A stretch of 63,821 bases of DNA, counting the filler, from Folioceros fuciformis (taxonomy: Eukaryota): assembly GCA_049999805.1 (NCBI GenBank). It is 7 parts of 7 records of this genome, joined end to end, with 100 filler letters (N's around TTAATTAATTAA, not from the genome) between each part and the next. Parts side by side here need not be neighbours in the genome. Positions count along the whole stretch, not along the records: positions 31,198 to 39,230 come from JBNGIO010004410.1; positions 39,331 to 45,980 come from JBNGIO010004411.1; positions 46,081 to 51,401 come from JBNGIO010004412.1; 4 more parts are not named here. One strand, written 5' to 3'. Of this stretch, positions 35,960 to 47,998 are shown piece by piece. The position numbers were made by a program, and so were the translations under genes. Within the stretch, counting starts at the first letter, position 1, and every line of letters begins with the position of its first letter. The notes under the pieces are model-generated. The model saw only the letters and a program-made list of their open reading frames with translations, made no database searches and was not told the origin of the DNA.

Positions 35960-37798
35960 TCAATTGAGCTCCAGCCCTATGCTGCGGTGCATCTCAATCA
36001 CTTCTTCCATGTTGCCGAAATTGAGACGTCGGGCCTGCACCTGTATGCAGGAGGTGCCTAAGTACATGGATACCTGCAGCCTCCGTGCCAGATCCAAATT
36101 CTCTAAATCATCCGAAATGTCCACTTCAAATTCGCCCTCCAACACCACTCCCGGATCAGTAGTGTAGTTCACATCCACAGCGTCTGTACTGTAAATGCTG
36201 ACAGAGAGCGAGGTCTCCTTCCTCACAACTGGGAGAATGTTGCGCTTCACACATTGGTCGATGGCAACATGCTCTCCTTTCCTCACAAAAATTTTGAAAC
36301 TGTTCGCACACCTCGGTCCCCTGTCTGTCACTACGAGACACTCCTGGGGATCAGACGAGGGAATGAACGGCCGTAGAAGCTTCACTCCGTAGGTTTTGCG
36401 GGAAACCCTGGACGTGATAACCCGAGGACAGAGCCCAAAAATGACAGCTCCATGGCACACCGCACTACCCGGTTCCGAGGGCATGACGATCCTGTCATTC
36501 AGCACGTCGGCGAAGGCGTCCTTGATTCTCTTCCTTAGATACGGAGACGATGAGAAGCCACCAACCAACAAGAGCAGCGTCATGCCTGTGGTGAGTTGCT
36601 GCCTGATGAGCTCCACGATCCTGCTCACCACAGGGTCGAAAATCTGCATCATGTCTGACCTTCTTAACTCAATCTCGTCGTAGTTGGTAGTATCGTCGGC
36701 GTTGCCAGAGGCAGGTGGATTCGCTTTGTCGTGCAGGCGCCAAGCTCGGGACAGCGTCGGAGGCAATTCAAGAGATCGGATGTCGTCACTTCCATCTCCA
36801 TAGGTGGCCTTGATGTCGCCCCAGCGTCTCATGAGCCGAGTAAGAGACGAAGGATTCAGCCTAAGCCACTCCTCCAGGCAGCCAATACGTGTGGAGAGCA
36901 GCAACAACAAGTTGAGGTCCACATTAGTGCCACCGCACAGGTCGCCAGAGCTCCGGGACGTCTCTCGGAGGCGCAATTCCGAGTCGTCATCGTTGTCTCT
37001 GGTGTGCACCACTATATCCGTGGTGCCACCCCCCAGATCTGCTACCACGAACCGGTCTCCCTTCTGCAGTCTGAGCTGCTTGAAGTTTTTAGCGCAATAC
37101 AAAGAAGCGGCCTCCGATTCCAGAACGATGCGCAGAGGATGTGGGCTGGCAGCCGCTGCTGATTCCCGAGGGCAATGCGGGCCCGTCACCATGCCTGCCA
37201 TCTGCGCGCAGTTGCGCATGACCTGCTTGGCGGAATCATCCCAGATAGCGGGCACGGTGAGACACCACTGCAAATCCCTGGAAGTGATGTGGCCGCCATA
37301 AGTCTCCTGCAGGTGGCTCACCGTGAAGGCGGACAATTTGGCCAGGTAGTCGCTGATGACTGTCACCACAGACAAACCTACCGGCAGCGGTGGCGCTGTG
37401 GGTGCCAGTACCGGTGCCCTGCCCGATCGCGAGCTGCTGGGGATGTGGTTGCTGGGATCCTTGAATGTGCAGGCTCCGGGATCAGCTTGCCGTGGCGCCA
37501 AGTGGAGCTTGAACTTGGTGAGAAACACGGACCTCTCCCCTCCTTCATCCCCGTCCTTCTGCCTCAAATGGCATGCCTGTGCTGGCCAACCCCAGGATGT
37601 GAGAGCAAACTCGCCAGATGCCTTCTTCACGTAGTGAAGGCTAGTCTGGGTCTTGCAGTACGGCCTGCCTTCACAGCCGGGCCACTCATAGAATGAGTAG
37701 ATTTTGTCTGGCTGATCCCTGTGTGCAAATGCAAATCCTGAGAAGGTTGTTCCCATGTCAATCCCTACAACCAACTTGGCTTCCTCTGCTGGCGCCAT
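35960..37798 (-). CDS. HSPA12-like atypical Hsp70, intronless, 612 aa
   Basis: Same motif set (GIDMGTTFSG, WCLTVPAIWDD, LESEAA, DLGGGTTD, LVGGFSSSPYL). The ATG at 37798 aligns with the paralogue start. Confidence 0.9.
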   Translation of the reverse strand: MAPAEEAKLVVGIDMGTTFSGFAFAHRDQPDKIYSFYEWPGCEGRPYCKTQTSLHYVKKASGEFALTSWGWPAQACHLRQKDGDEGGERSVFLTKFKLHLAPRQADPGACTFKDPSNHIPSSSRSGRAPVLAPTAPPLPVGLSVVTVISDYLAKLSAFTVSHLQETYGGHITSRDLQWCLTVPAIWDDSAKQVMRNCAQMAGMVTGPHCPRESAAAASPHPLRIVLESEAASLYCAKNFKQLRLQKGDRFVVADLGGGTTDIVVHTRDNDDDSELRLRETSRSSGDLCGGTNVDLNLLLLLSTRIGCLEEWLRLNPSSLTRLMRRWGDIKATYGDGSDDIRSLELPPTLSRAWRLHDKANPPASGNADDTTNYDEIELRRSDMMQIFDPVVSRIVELIRQQLTTGMTLLLLVGGFSSSPYLRKRIKDAFADVLNDRIVMPSEPGSAVCHGAVIFGLCPRVITSRVSRKTYGVKLLRPFIPSSDPQECLVVTDRGPRCANSFKIFVRKGEHVAIDQCVKRNILPVVRKETSLSVSIYSTDAVDVNYTTDPGVVLEGEFEVDISDDLENLDLARRLQVSMYLGTSCIQVQARRLNFGNMEEVIEMHRSIGLELN

Positions 37799-37824
37799 CT
37801 TCTCTGTCAAATACGGATTGTCCA

Positions 37825-38004
37825 CTAGGTCGCAAGCAGCAAATCCCACGGATGCCTCCCACAATCGTCACTGGTTTGCTCTGTACTACGAAATTGCACC
37901 AAGAGGCTATCACCCTAGGTCGCAAGTACCAGATCCCACTGATACCTCCCAAAATCGTCACTGGTTCGCTCTGTACTACGAAATTCCACCAAGACGCTAT
38001 CACC
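37825..38004. repeat. 90-bp tandem duplication in leader of second HSPA12-like gene
   Basis: CTAGGTCGCAAG...AATCGTCACTGGTT.GCTCTGTACTACGAAATT...CTATCACC starts at 37825 and 37915. Confidence 0.9.
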
Positions 38005-38714
38005 CTGTACATGTGTACAAGAGACTACTCAGCCAGGGCCAGGTCCTGGTCTATCAACAGCCTGGTGTCCCCACAACTTGGCCCGCACATCCTTTCAAAC
38101 CAAGTGGCACAGCGAGTACAAACAGTGGAGATCGGGGGTCAACGATAACAAGGAAACCACTTTTACTTCACAAGCTGGCCGGGCCGAGACTTGATACACG
38201 CTTCCAGATTCGATGGATAAGCCACGCGGACAACATGTGGATGGGCAATGCTTTGAAAAGCGTGCTATATGTAGTATGTATGTATATCTGTGTTGGTGTG
38301 GAGATGTAATCCATTCGGGGGAAGAAAGGACGATGGCACTATGCAGAGCTGGCGTAGTTTCCTACATGAAGACAAAAGCTGACTCCAGAGACTGGCCTTT
38401 CGTGAGATAACGCCACAGTGGCCCCACGCTTTGCCACATAGTACATGGTGCAACTGGCGGTAGCGCGAGGTCATGGACATGAAGCGTGGAATGAGTCGTC
38501 TCCTAACAAAAAGCAACAGGCACAAACAATCCACACAGCACCTGCCGCAACCTTCAGCCCCTAGACGGAATCTGAAAATTGGTGTGGGGTTGGCGAACGT
38601 GTCGTCGTGGATACAAGCCCTTGGTCATTGAGATAGAGGAGAAAGCAGAACCGAGGTGGCAGGAATTTGAGTCACAAGTTCCGCTGATTTGTCTTGTCAT
38701 CTGGTTAAGCTGCG

Positions 38715-39230
38715 ATGGCTAAGGGGATCGAGGTGCGAGTGCTGGTTGAAATCGATTTCAGCTCCACTTTCTCGGGCTTCACATTTGCGCACAAGGACGA
38801 GCCTGATAAGATCTGCGCCTTCTACGAGTGGTCAGGTCAGCAGGGCAAATCGTATTGCAAGACGCAGACAGGGCTCTTCTACGTGACGAAGAACAAAGCT
38901 TCGAGCTGCGATCCAGTGTACGAGGTGACACGCTGGGGATGGCCGGCAAAAGCCCGGCAGCTCAAACAAGGCCAGTGTTCGGCCGCTGGATCGGAAGCTG
39001 GGGTTCACCTCACCAAGTTCAAGCTGCACCTGGCGTCTCAAAAGGCTCGGGATGGCGCTCTGTCGAGGATGCTGTCAGGGCTGCAAATGGGATGGAAGGG
39101 TAAGCACGGCCTGGCTGAGGCAGAGGAGGAGGGGGCGGAGAAGGAGATGGCGAGGGCTACGACCGACTTCCTCAGGGAGATCTCTCGCTCTGGAGCATGT
39201 GCACGTAGGTGAGCCAGAACCCTGCCACCA
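38715..39230 (+). pseudogene. Third HSPA12-like copy (pseudogene, truncated at contig end)
   Basis: Close match to the 5' end of the 33598 gene. The phosphate loop has decayed to VEIDFSST, an internal deletion jumps to GGTGAGCCAGAACCCTGC (as at 34593), and there is a stop at 39212. Confidence 0.88.
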
Positions 39231-40434
39231 NNNNNNNNNNNNNNNNNNNNNNNNNNNNNNNNNNNNNNNNNNNNTTAATTAATTAANNNNNNNNNNNNNN
39301 NNNNNNNNNNNNNNNNNNNNNNNNNNNNNNGCCTCCGTGTTGGCTGCCGTGGCCCAGACCTGCACCATCCCCCTGCCATGGCTCCCCGCTGCATCTGCTC
39401 CTACCAACCTACCGGATTGCAACCAGACCAGCTCCGGCCTCCAATCCAGGCCCGCCGCATTACTGCCTCCCGCACACGGCGCGGATGCAAACGAAAATGC
39501 CCCGCAGCAGGCCGGCGGGGAGGACACCAGGCGCTGCCTCCCGCTTACACAAAATGGCGGCTGGATGGACGCCGCAAACATTGCCATCCCCGCTCACCTG
39601 ATCCTACACTACATCAACCAGTGCCCACAGAATATACGGCTGCACCAGATTCAAACAACGAGAACCCACAGTTATGGCCGCAGCCTGTGACAGCTCCTGT
39701 GCTTCTAGGCCTATCCTTTCCATGTCCACGGAATGCGCTAACCACACATCAACCCCCGCTCTAACTGGGCCTGGTTCCTCGTTACCGTGGTTAGCAACGG
39801 ATGGATGATTGCAAAACACAACGCGTGAGCGAGGCGCGATGCACCCGTAACGAATCCACTCTTGGGGCCTCCACCAGGGAGCCTGTTCAACCCTGGGTCT
39901 AATGGATGATTGCAATTCCGCATCACTGTCGGTGCAAGCTTCGGGCTGAGCGAGTGAGAGCTAACCAGGGATTGCAATTGCTTTAATCACATCCCCTGGG
40001 CCACTTCATCTGTGGATTTGTGAGTGTGATCCAGATGAACGGGGCCGGATCCAGCATTCCATCACAATTTGGCATCGAGAGCATTCACGAATGATTCCGG
40101 TCCTGCCCGAGGGTGATTAGGGATGGGGAGCTGGTGATGCAACCGATTCCTGGAAGGCCGGCAGGCAAAAGGGTACTGGACAAGTGACCTCACGGCTTCC
40201 ACGACGGCAGTTGCAAGAGGAGGTAGCCAGGCACAGCGTGTTGTACAACAAGAGCTGACCACTTGCACAAGAGCATTGGAGCTGGTACCGCGACATATGC
40301 AAGACGTAGGACTGTACAAGCTGCTAGAATACAGTGAGTCCCAAGATCAATCCTTGGTTGAGTAGGAGTAGATTGATAGCCCACACATAGATATATAGCC
40401 TTTACGCATGAGATATCCGATGAGGATATCAATA

Positions 40435-40572
40435 CCTCGACCGCGGTATTATCCTATATATCTTGGACCTCGACCTCGATATTATCCTATATANNNNNNN
40501 NNNGGACCTCGACCTCGATATTATCCTATATATCTTGGACCTCGACCTCGGTATTCTCCTATATATCTTGGA
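40435..40572. repeat. ~33-bp tandem repeat (~4 copies) inside the 3' LTR of element D
   Basis: CCTCGACCTCGATATTATCCTATATATCTTGGA is repeated here but single-copy in the other LTR. A 10-N gap lies inside. Confidence 0.8.
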
Positions 40573-40650
40573 TACACTCTGTGCATTCTATTTTAGATGT
40601 GTTGCACAAACCCTAAGGTTTCTAACACTCCGACTCAACACATCTATGGG

Positions 40651-43600
40651 CTATCCTATAACACTTACTAGCCCTAGCATCTTGCTAAACTTCATATGTT
40701 TCTCTAAGGCTAGACCCTTGGTAAGAATATTAGCAAGCATGTCTTTTGTAGGACAATAAGCTAGTTCTATTTCCTTAGATTGAACTTTCTCTCTAATGAA
40801 GTGATGCTTGACTTCGATGTGTTTTGTCCTCGCATGAAACATTGTATTCTTAGCCAAATGAATGCAACTTTGATTGTCATTGAAGATGGGTGTAGCAACT
40901 TTTTGCTTCAATCCCATTTCTTCGAGCAATCTTTGAAGCCATATGACTTACACTGCTGCAGTTGATATATGCCATCTACTTAGCCTTTGTAGAGGATAGT
41001 GCTACTGTGGGCTAACGCCTACTACTCCACAAGATGGCTACCCCAAATAGCATAAAGACATATCATGTGGTAGACTTACGAGTATCAACATCTACAACCC
41101 AATCCAAGTCACAAAATCCAATGACTTGGGCTTCTTCTAGTTGTTTTTGGTAAGTCAATTTCCAAGGCTTTGTACCTTGCAAGTACCTGAATATTCTCTT
41201 CACGGCTTGATAATGCTTGTTGTTAAGGGTTGACCAAAAACTTGCTTACAAGTCCCACTGCCTCTACGATGTCACACCTCGTGCTTATCGCTAAATAAGT
41301 AAGACAGCAAACAATACGCCCGATAGAGATTTTTGTCTACTTGTCCTGTCACGTTTACATTTGTAGAATCTACTTCCTTTGACAATTTCTCATTGGGGAC
41401 CATAGACGTTTTCACTCGTTTGCAATCTTGCATTCCAAAACACTACAATATAGTGTCCACATATGTTTGTTAACTTAAGGAAATCATCCCATTGATCCTT
41501 TGTCTTTCCACCTTTATATCTAGAAAGTAATGGAGCTCGCCCATGTCTCGCATATCAAAACTCTCTTTGAGGTGGTTCTTAGTTGAATGTAAAAGGTCCA
41601 CATTATTGCTAGCCATATCAAATCATCCACGTGTACAGCAATGATTATTACAGAATGTCCCACTCTCTGCATTGGTTTTCTTGAAACCTTTAGACTGAAA
41701 ATGATTGTCCAACTTACCACGCGAGGGCAGATTGCTTAAGACAATAGATCGACTTCAGTAACTTACACACTTCCCCCTCTCGTCATGGTATCTCGTATGC
41801 CTCCGGTTGATCCATGTAGATCTCTTCATCTAAGTCTCCATGGTATCTCATATGCCTGCAGTTGATCCATGTAGATCTCTTCATCTAACTCTCAATTCAA
41901 GAAGGCATTTTGAACATCCATATGATGTACCTCCATGTTCAAAGTAGCAACAATAGGTAGGAGAGCTTGGATAGATGCTATCTTAGCAACATGAGAGAAA
42001 GTATCGGTGTAGTCCATACCTAGAACTTGTGTATACCCTTTCCCAACTAACCTTGCCTTGTAACACTCTATTCTACCGTAGGCCTTTCGCTTAATCTTGA
42101 ATGTCCACTTGGACCCTATGCTTTTTCTTCTAGGAGATAGAGGAGTAATTATGTAAGTGAGTGGTATTCACTGTCCACAGCCTCTCTCCATTCCTTTGCC
42201 TTTGAACCTTGGAATGCTTCCTTCAAGCTTCGTGGTTCTGCAGCATCTACAAAACATGTCGACTCCTTCTGCACACAACCATTGATGGAGTCTCTAAGCT
42301 TTTGTGAAGGTTTCCTTTCTCTAGTTGACTTCCGTAAGATGCACAATGTCTTTGGAATGTTGTGATCTTTGTCGTCTTCAATTACAACAATACCTGGAGC
42401 TTCATCTACTTCTCCTATTGTAGGGACATCGGGAGTTTCTCTCCCTTCCCCCTCTATGTCACAAAGTTGAGAAGGTATTGCATGTATGGGAGCGGGTAGT
42501 ATTGGGTTGTTACTAGGCATAAGAACCCCAACATGGTCAGGACCATATGACGAAGCAATCTTTGGACCTCCACTCCTTTGGTAGGTTCGACAACCTCATG
42601 AAATATAACATCCGACTAAAAAAGAGCTTCTTCTTCAAAGCCAAAGTGATGCTTTTCAGTGAAATGACCCAGGTATTGACGAATACCACATATTATTAGA
42701 AAAATGGTACCCACAATAACATGAAAACCATGAAATCATGTAGCTGAAAGAAAAGTTGAACCATAAATACCATCGGAAATTGTGAAAGGTGCTTCTACAT
42801 GTTCCATTCCTTNNNNNNNNNNNNNNNNNNNNNNNNNNNNNNNNNNNNNNNNNNNNNNNNNNNNNNNNNNNNNNNNNNNNNNNNNNNNNNNNNNNNNNNN
42901 NNNNNNNNNNNNACATCAATTCCCTTAGGAGGCCAAATAGCTCTTGTAGTAAGATTATATAACCGATACCCTTTAACCTCATTTGAATAATGAAACATAA
43001 GGCATTTTATGCCTGTCAAATCCCACTTGGTCCGGTTGGCCTTTGGAACATGAGCATAAACCGTAGAACCAAATACTCGTAAATGACTAATGTCAGGCTT
43101 GATGTCAGACCACTCTTCCTTTGAAGTCATGTCGGGTACGGCCTTTGTCGAAACTTTGTTTAACAAATAGGTAGCCCTTATAACAGCTTCTCCCCAAAAA
43201 TGTAGAGGCAAGGCACTATGATGGAGCATGCACTTAGCGGCTTCAACAAGGCTCCGTATTTGCGCTCTACCACTCCATTTTGTTGAGGAGTGAATGGTGA
43301 GTTGTCAGATACTGCCATTCGCCTTACAAAAATTCTGGAAAACAGAAGATACATATTCACCTTACAAAAATTCTGGAAAAGAGAAATACATATTCATCTT
43401 ACAAAAATTCTGGAAAAGAGAAGATACATATTCACCTTACAAAAATTCTGGAAAAGAGAAGATACATATTCACCTTACAAAAATTCTGGAAAAGAGAAGA
43501 TACATATTCACCTTACAAAAATTCTGGAAAAGAGAAGATACATATTCACCTTACAAAAATTCTAGAAAAGAGAAGATACATATTCACCTCCATTGTCACT

Positions 43601-45279
43601 GTGAAGTATCTTAAGTTGGTCACCATGTTTGTTCTTAACCAAAGCTTTCCATTCCTTAAAGGTAGTAAACACTTGAGATTTCTCCTTCAAGAGGTAAGTC
43701 CATACCTTCCATGTGAAGTCATTGACAAAGATGAGAATATAGCATGAGAATATAGCATGCACCCCCTATGGAAGGGTTCTTCATGGGCCCACACACATCA
43801 GTGTGCACCAGCTCTAGTGCCTTCTGCACTTGGTGTGCTGCAAGCTTAGGGAACTTTGTCCGATGTAGTTTCCTCATGACACAACCATGGCATAAGAGTG
43901 TCTTAGTGATCTCCTTCAAATCCAGTCCTGTCACCATGTGGCTCTTCCGCATCAACTTCAGTTTGTCCACTCCAATGTGTCCCAAACGTTGATGCCATAG
44001 ATCAACAGAACCGATGTGATCATGTGAACTATGTGTACAATAGGGCTTACGCACAAGAGCACATAATTTGTACAGATTCCCCACACGAACACCACATGTA
44101 GCAATAGAGGTGTGTGACGGCGCAGGCTGTATCATTTGGATGCGACAGCCAGTAGAATTAAACACAACCTCATGACCTGCATCTACAATATTTGCAACAA
44201 AAAGAAGATTCCGTGCAAGATTAGGTACATAATGCACATTCTGAATACGTGCGGAGGTTCCGCCCTGCAATTGGACATGTAAATTGCCTTTTCCCTTAAT
44301 GCCTTGAGACGTATTGTCACCAAATGCCACAGTCTAGCCTACTGGGAGTTCTACATAGCTTGTGAACCAAGGAAGCTCATAGCTGAAATGTTGGGATGCA
44401 CCGCAGTCAATATAAAGACTCTTATCCTTACGTGATGAAGGGACTTGATCCCTATGACTGAAGCACACGAATGCTTGTTCCTTTGGGTTCTTATCGCTAA
44501 CTTGATGGGCTTCATATGATTTCTCCTTCTTCAAGTATGCCAATACACTCCTTTGCATGATGACTTGGCTTCCTTCAATAATAGCAAGATCCTTTCACCT
44601 TTTGTGTTGTGCCTGTATCTTGTGTTCTTTCCATGGATTTGGATTGTGAAGCCTTTCGTTGAGTTTTGCCTTTCTTCGAGAAGAGAACTATGTCGGCAAT
44701 CTTCTCTTTCTTGGGGGATTGCAACAACTCCTCTTGCAGGAGCGAACCAACTACTTCATCTAATGTGGGCGGTTGCGTGCTCAAGCATGAAGATATCATT
44801 GTTCGATAAATCATCACAAAGTGTTCATACGCAGGTGTTAAACTACTCAAAAGTACCAAAATGATCCTTCCTTCAGTTGGTTGCATATCCGCTGCCTTTA
44901 TTTGATCCACTAGGGGTTTCAACTTGTTGACATATTGCTGAATAGTGTCGCCCTCGACTATTTTGCAGTAGGATAGTTGTTGCTCCAACAACAGCTTGGT
45001 CACCATAATCTTCGTGTCATATATAATGCAAAGAGTCGTCCAAGCTTCTTTCACAGTTGCATCTTCATCCACTTGTGAAAGTATGTCATCAGACAAATTT
45101 AGAAGGATTGTTGACAATGCTTTTGCATTGTTTCACCTGTCTTCCACGGTGGGTGTCCGTCCTAGACCTTCATCAACAAATTCCAATAGTCCTCTATGGG
45201 CAAGTATCAACCTTACCTTACGCTTCTATAGGCTAAAGTTATTGCCTACGAACTTCTCCACTACTAACATGGTCTCCAT
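40651..45279 (-). pseudogene. copia gag-pol pseudogene of element D
   Basis: YIDCGASQH, LWHQRLGH, LELVHTDVCGP, SDNGGEY, VHVDDL and HARTKHIEVKHHFIRE motifs. Many stops and frameshifts. Confidence 0.92.
43323..43587. repeat. 38-bp tandem repeat x7 inside integrase
   Basis: Unit CTTACAAAAATTCTGGAAAAGAGAAGATACATATTCAC. One copy is 37 bp. Confidence 0.96.
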
Positions 45280-46080
45280 TTACACTCCGTTGGAAACTAA
45301 AAAAACTCTCTCGCACTTATTACTACAATCAAGCTTCACTAACTTGCATACAAGATCTTACAGACACCAAGTCTATATAGCCACGAACAACACAAGAAGA
45401 AGCAAGAGATAATAGTCCTACACAAGGTAGTATTGAGTATGTATCTCAACCAACAAAAGGACACGCATCCTAGAACTTGGAGCTTAGAATTGGGTTCTGA
45501 TACCATGTTCGAAAACAGTGAGTCCCAATAGCTGTGAGTCCCAAGATCAATCCTTGGTTGAGTACGATTAGATTGATAGCCCATATACAGCCTTTAAGCA
45601 TGACGATATCCGATGAGTATAAACAATACCTCGATCTCGGTATTATCCTACATATCTGGGATACACTCTCTACATTCTATTTTAGATGTGTTGCACAAAC
45701 CCTATGGGTTTCTAACACAAACAAGATATCATGTTCCCACTCGCACCCCACGTCCAGCAGGCGGAGTCAGATTATAGTGCTGTCCTCGTCTTGCATTGCG
45801 AGCGGTGCAGTCGGTTAATCGATTGGTCTGTTCTGGAAATGTGTTTCTCAGTGCCACTCATTGATGATCGGTTTTGCAATGCGCAGGGATGTGAATCGCC
45901 TCGGCCCCACGGTTCCCACAGCCCTGCAGCTGTACCACGAGATTCTTGTTTCAAGAGAACGGGTAAGGCAATGGAAGAAANNNNNNNNNNNNNNNNNNNN
46001 NNNNNNNNNNNNNNNNNNNNNNNNTTAATTAATTAANNNNNNNNNNNNNNNNNNNNNNNNNNNNNNNNNNNNNNNNNNNN

Positions 46081-47415
46081 GGATTAGGGAGCGGGGCGGA
46101 CGCGCAGGTCATGGCTGCCGCGGGCTCTGGGGGGTTGTTTCAACCTAAGCTCGTGTGGTTTGCCAAGTCGGAGGAGGACGAGAACAGGTTTATCGACCGG
46201 GCGGTGAACGCGTGTCTGGCGTCGTCCGCTCTGGCGTTCGCTTTGAGCAAGTTTCTGACTGTGGACCACGACTATTGGCAAGTGAGTGGCTGGTGGGTGG
46301 AGTGTTTGGTGTGGCGGGTTGCGTCGTTGGAACCGTGGCTGAGCTCGGTTGGGTTGGTCTGTGTTCCAGGGTTGGACGCTGTATGAGATTCTGCGGTACG
46401 CTCCTGAGCATAACTGGGGGGCTTACGAGGAGGCTTTGAAGAATGATCCGGTGGTTGCGAAGATGATGATCAGTGGCGTGGTGTATACCGTTGGTGACTG
46501 GATTGCGCAGGTACGTGGAGGGAGCGCTTTTGCGCACGTATGATGCTAGCGTGCTCGTGGGTGGACTGGGAAGGGAAGGAGGAGGATTTGAGTGAGTCGA
46601 TGGAACTGACTGGTTGCGGTGGTGTGCAGTGCAACGAGGGGAGACCGCTGTTGGAATTTGATCGCATGCGGATACTGCGATCGGGCTTGGTGGGGTTCAG
46701 TTTCCATGGGTCCTTGTCCCATTTCTACTACCACTTCTGCGAGGTAGGTTCATCTGCGCGGCCTCCGCATGTTTCCGGTGGCGACATTGTCTGCCTCGGT
46801 TGCTGACAGCCGGACTTGTGGCCTCCAGGAATTGTTCCCCTTTCAAGACTGGTGGGTGGTGCCACTCAAGGTTGCCTTTGACCAAACAATCTGGTCTGCC
46901 TTCTGGAACAGTCTCTACTTCACGTTGCTCGGTGTGTTGAGGCTAGAAAATCCCTTGACCATTTTCAAGGACTTGAAAGCAACCTTCCTCCCCATGCTCA
47001 CTGTAAGTTAAACTCTCGTTTCGGTGTGCTCCGTTTCGAATGTTGCACGATTCCGGCTGTGGGAACTGACAGTCGAAAACCTATGTCCCACACCTACAGG
47101 CTGGCTGGAAGCTTTGGCCTTTCGCCCATCTCTTGACGTATGGAGTTATCCCACTAGAACAACGTCTGTTGTGGGTCGACTGCGTGGAGATTGTGTGGGT
47201 CACAATCCTGTCAATGTAAGAGCTTCCGACCCATCCACTTCCGTATCCAAAACGAGGGAATATCAGACCTCATCCGGTGCGTGATCCCTAAAGCTTGTAC
47301 TGGTGGTCTCTCTTGTCTCAGGATGTCCAATGAAAAAGCGGAGTCTAGATCTGCGACTGCGGAGAATGATCTACCAGGAATACTTAAATCCCCCTCAGAC
47401 TCCACCCATCCGTGA
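46081..47415 (+). CDS. Mpv17/PMP22 family membrane protein (5' partial); exons ..46281, 46370-46510, 46630-46743, 46829-47002, 47100-47215, 47322-47415
   Basis: DHDYWQGWTLYEILRYAPEHNW, GDWIAQ, KVAFDQTIW and AGWKLWPFAH motifs, with consistent GT-AG introns. Confidence 0.92.
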
Positions 47416-47998
47416 CACGGTAGGAGTGTCTCTCACTGTCGGTCCACTGGAGATATCATTGAATATGCAATCTGCTTTATGCAGTGATGTTGTCCGTGGT
47501 ACGGCATGACCCCCAAAGAAGTACAGGAAATGCCCTCGTGTGCCGTTGCTGGCAACATCCACCGCGTTGAGTCTGCGGTAGAGCAGATTGCAAACGTCGT
47601 GTACACTAGTTTGATAAGAGTTTTGTTGTTTCATATCAGCCTCACGATTTGATCGATGTACATAAAACGTAGATGATTTTTCCTGAGTTTACAATGTGTG
47701 CCAACCCTGGCTGATCCTGCTCAAGGAATTGGCAACAAACTGAGCTCTAATCTCCATATGGCGGATAGCAGACAACAAATCAAGCCCCGAACCTTCGAGT
47801 GCCTAGAGAAGATGTAGCAATCAACCTAATCGATCGACATGCATCAATCCAATTCCTCTCATCTAGAAAAGCAATGTACATATCTACTTCAAAGCTCTCT
47901 AAAACTTGACTCAGAACCAAAACTGAGTGAAACTGGCTCAAACGGTGTAGGTCACGCGCTAAGACAGATTCAATGAGTATGGTACAAGAAAAAGAGTT

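Larger units (their letters stand above)
40322..45717 (-). mobile_element. Full-length decayed Ty1/copia element (element D)
   Basis: LTRs 45506-45717 and 40322-40627, PBS TGGTATCAGAAC 45505-45494, TSD CAAGC/CAAAC (one mismatch), and gag-PR-IN-RT-RH on the minus strand. Confidence 0.93.

Noticed and set aside
39331-40321. Possible gene 3' end or gene disrupted by element D
   Set aside because: Only short overlapping ORFs without recognisable motifs, so no call can be supported.
43323-43587. 38-bp repeats as a CRISPR array
   Set aside because: Units are head-to-tail with no spacers, derive from copia integrase, and there are no cas genes in this eukaryotic context.
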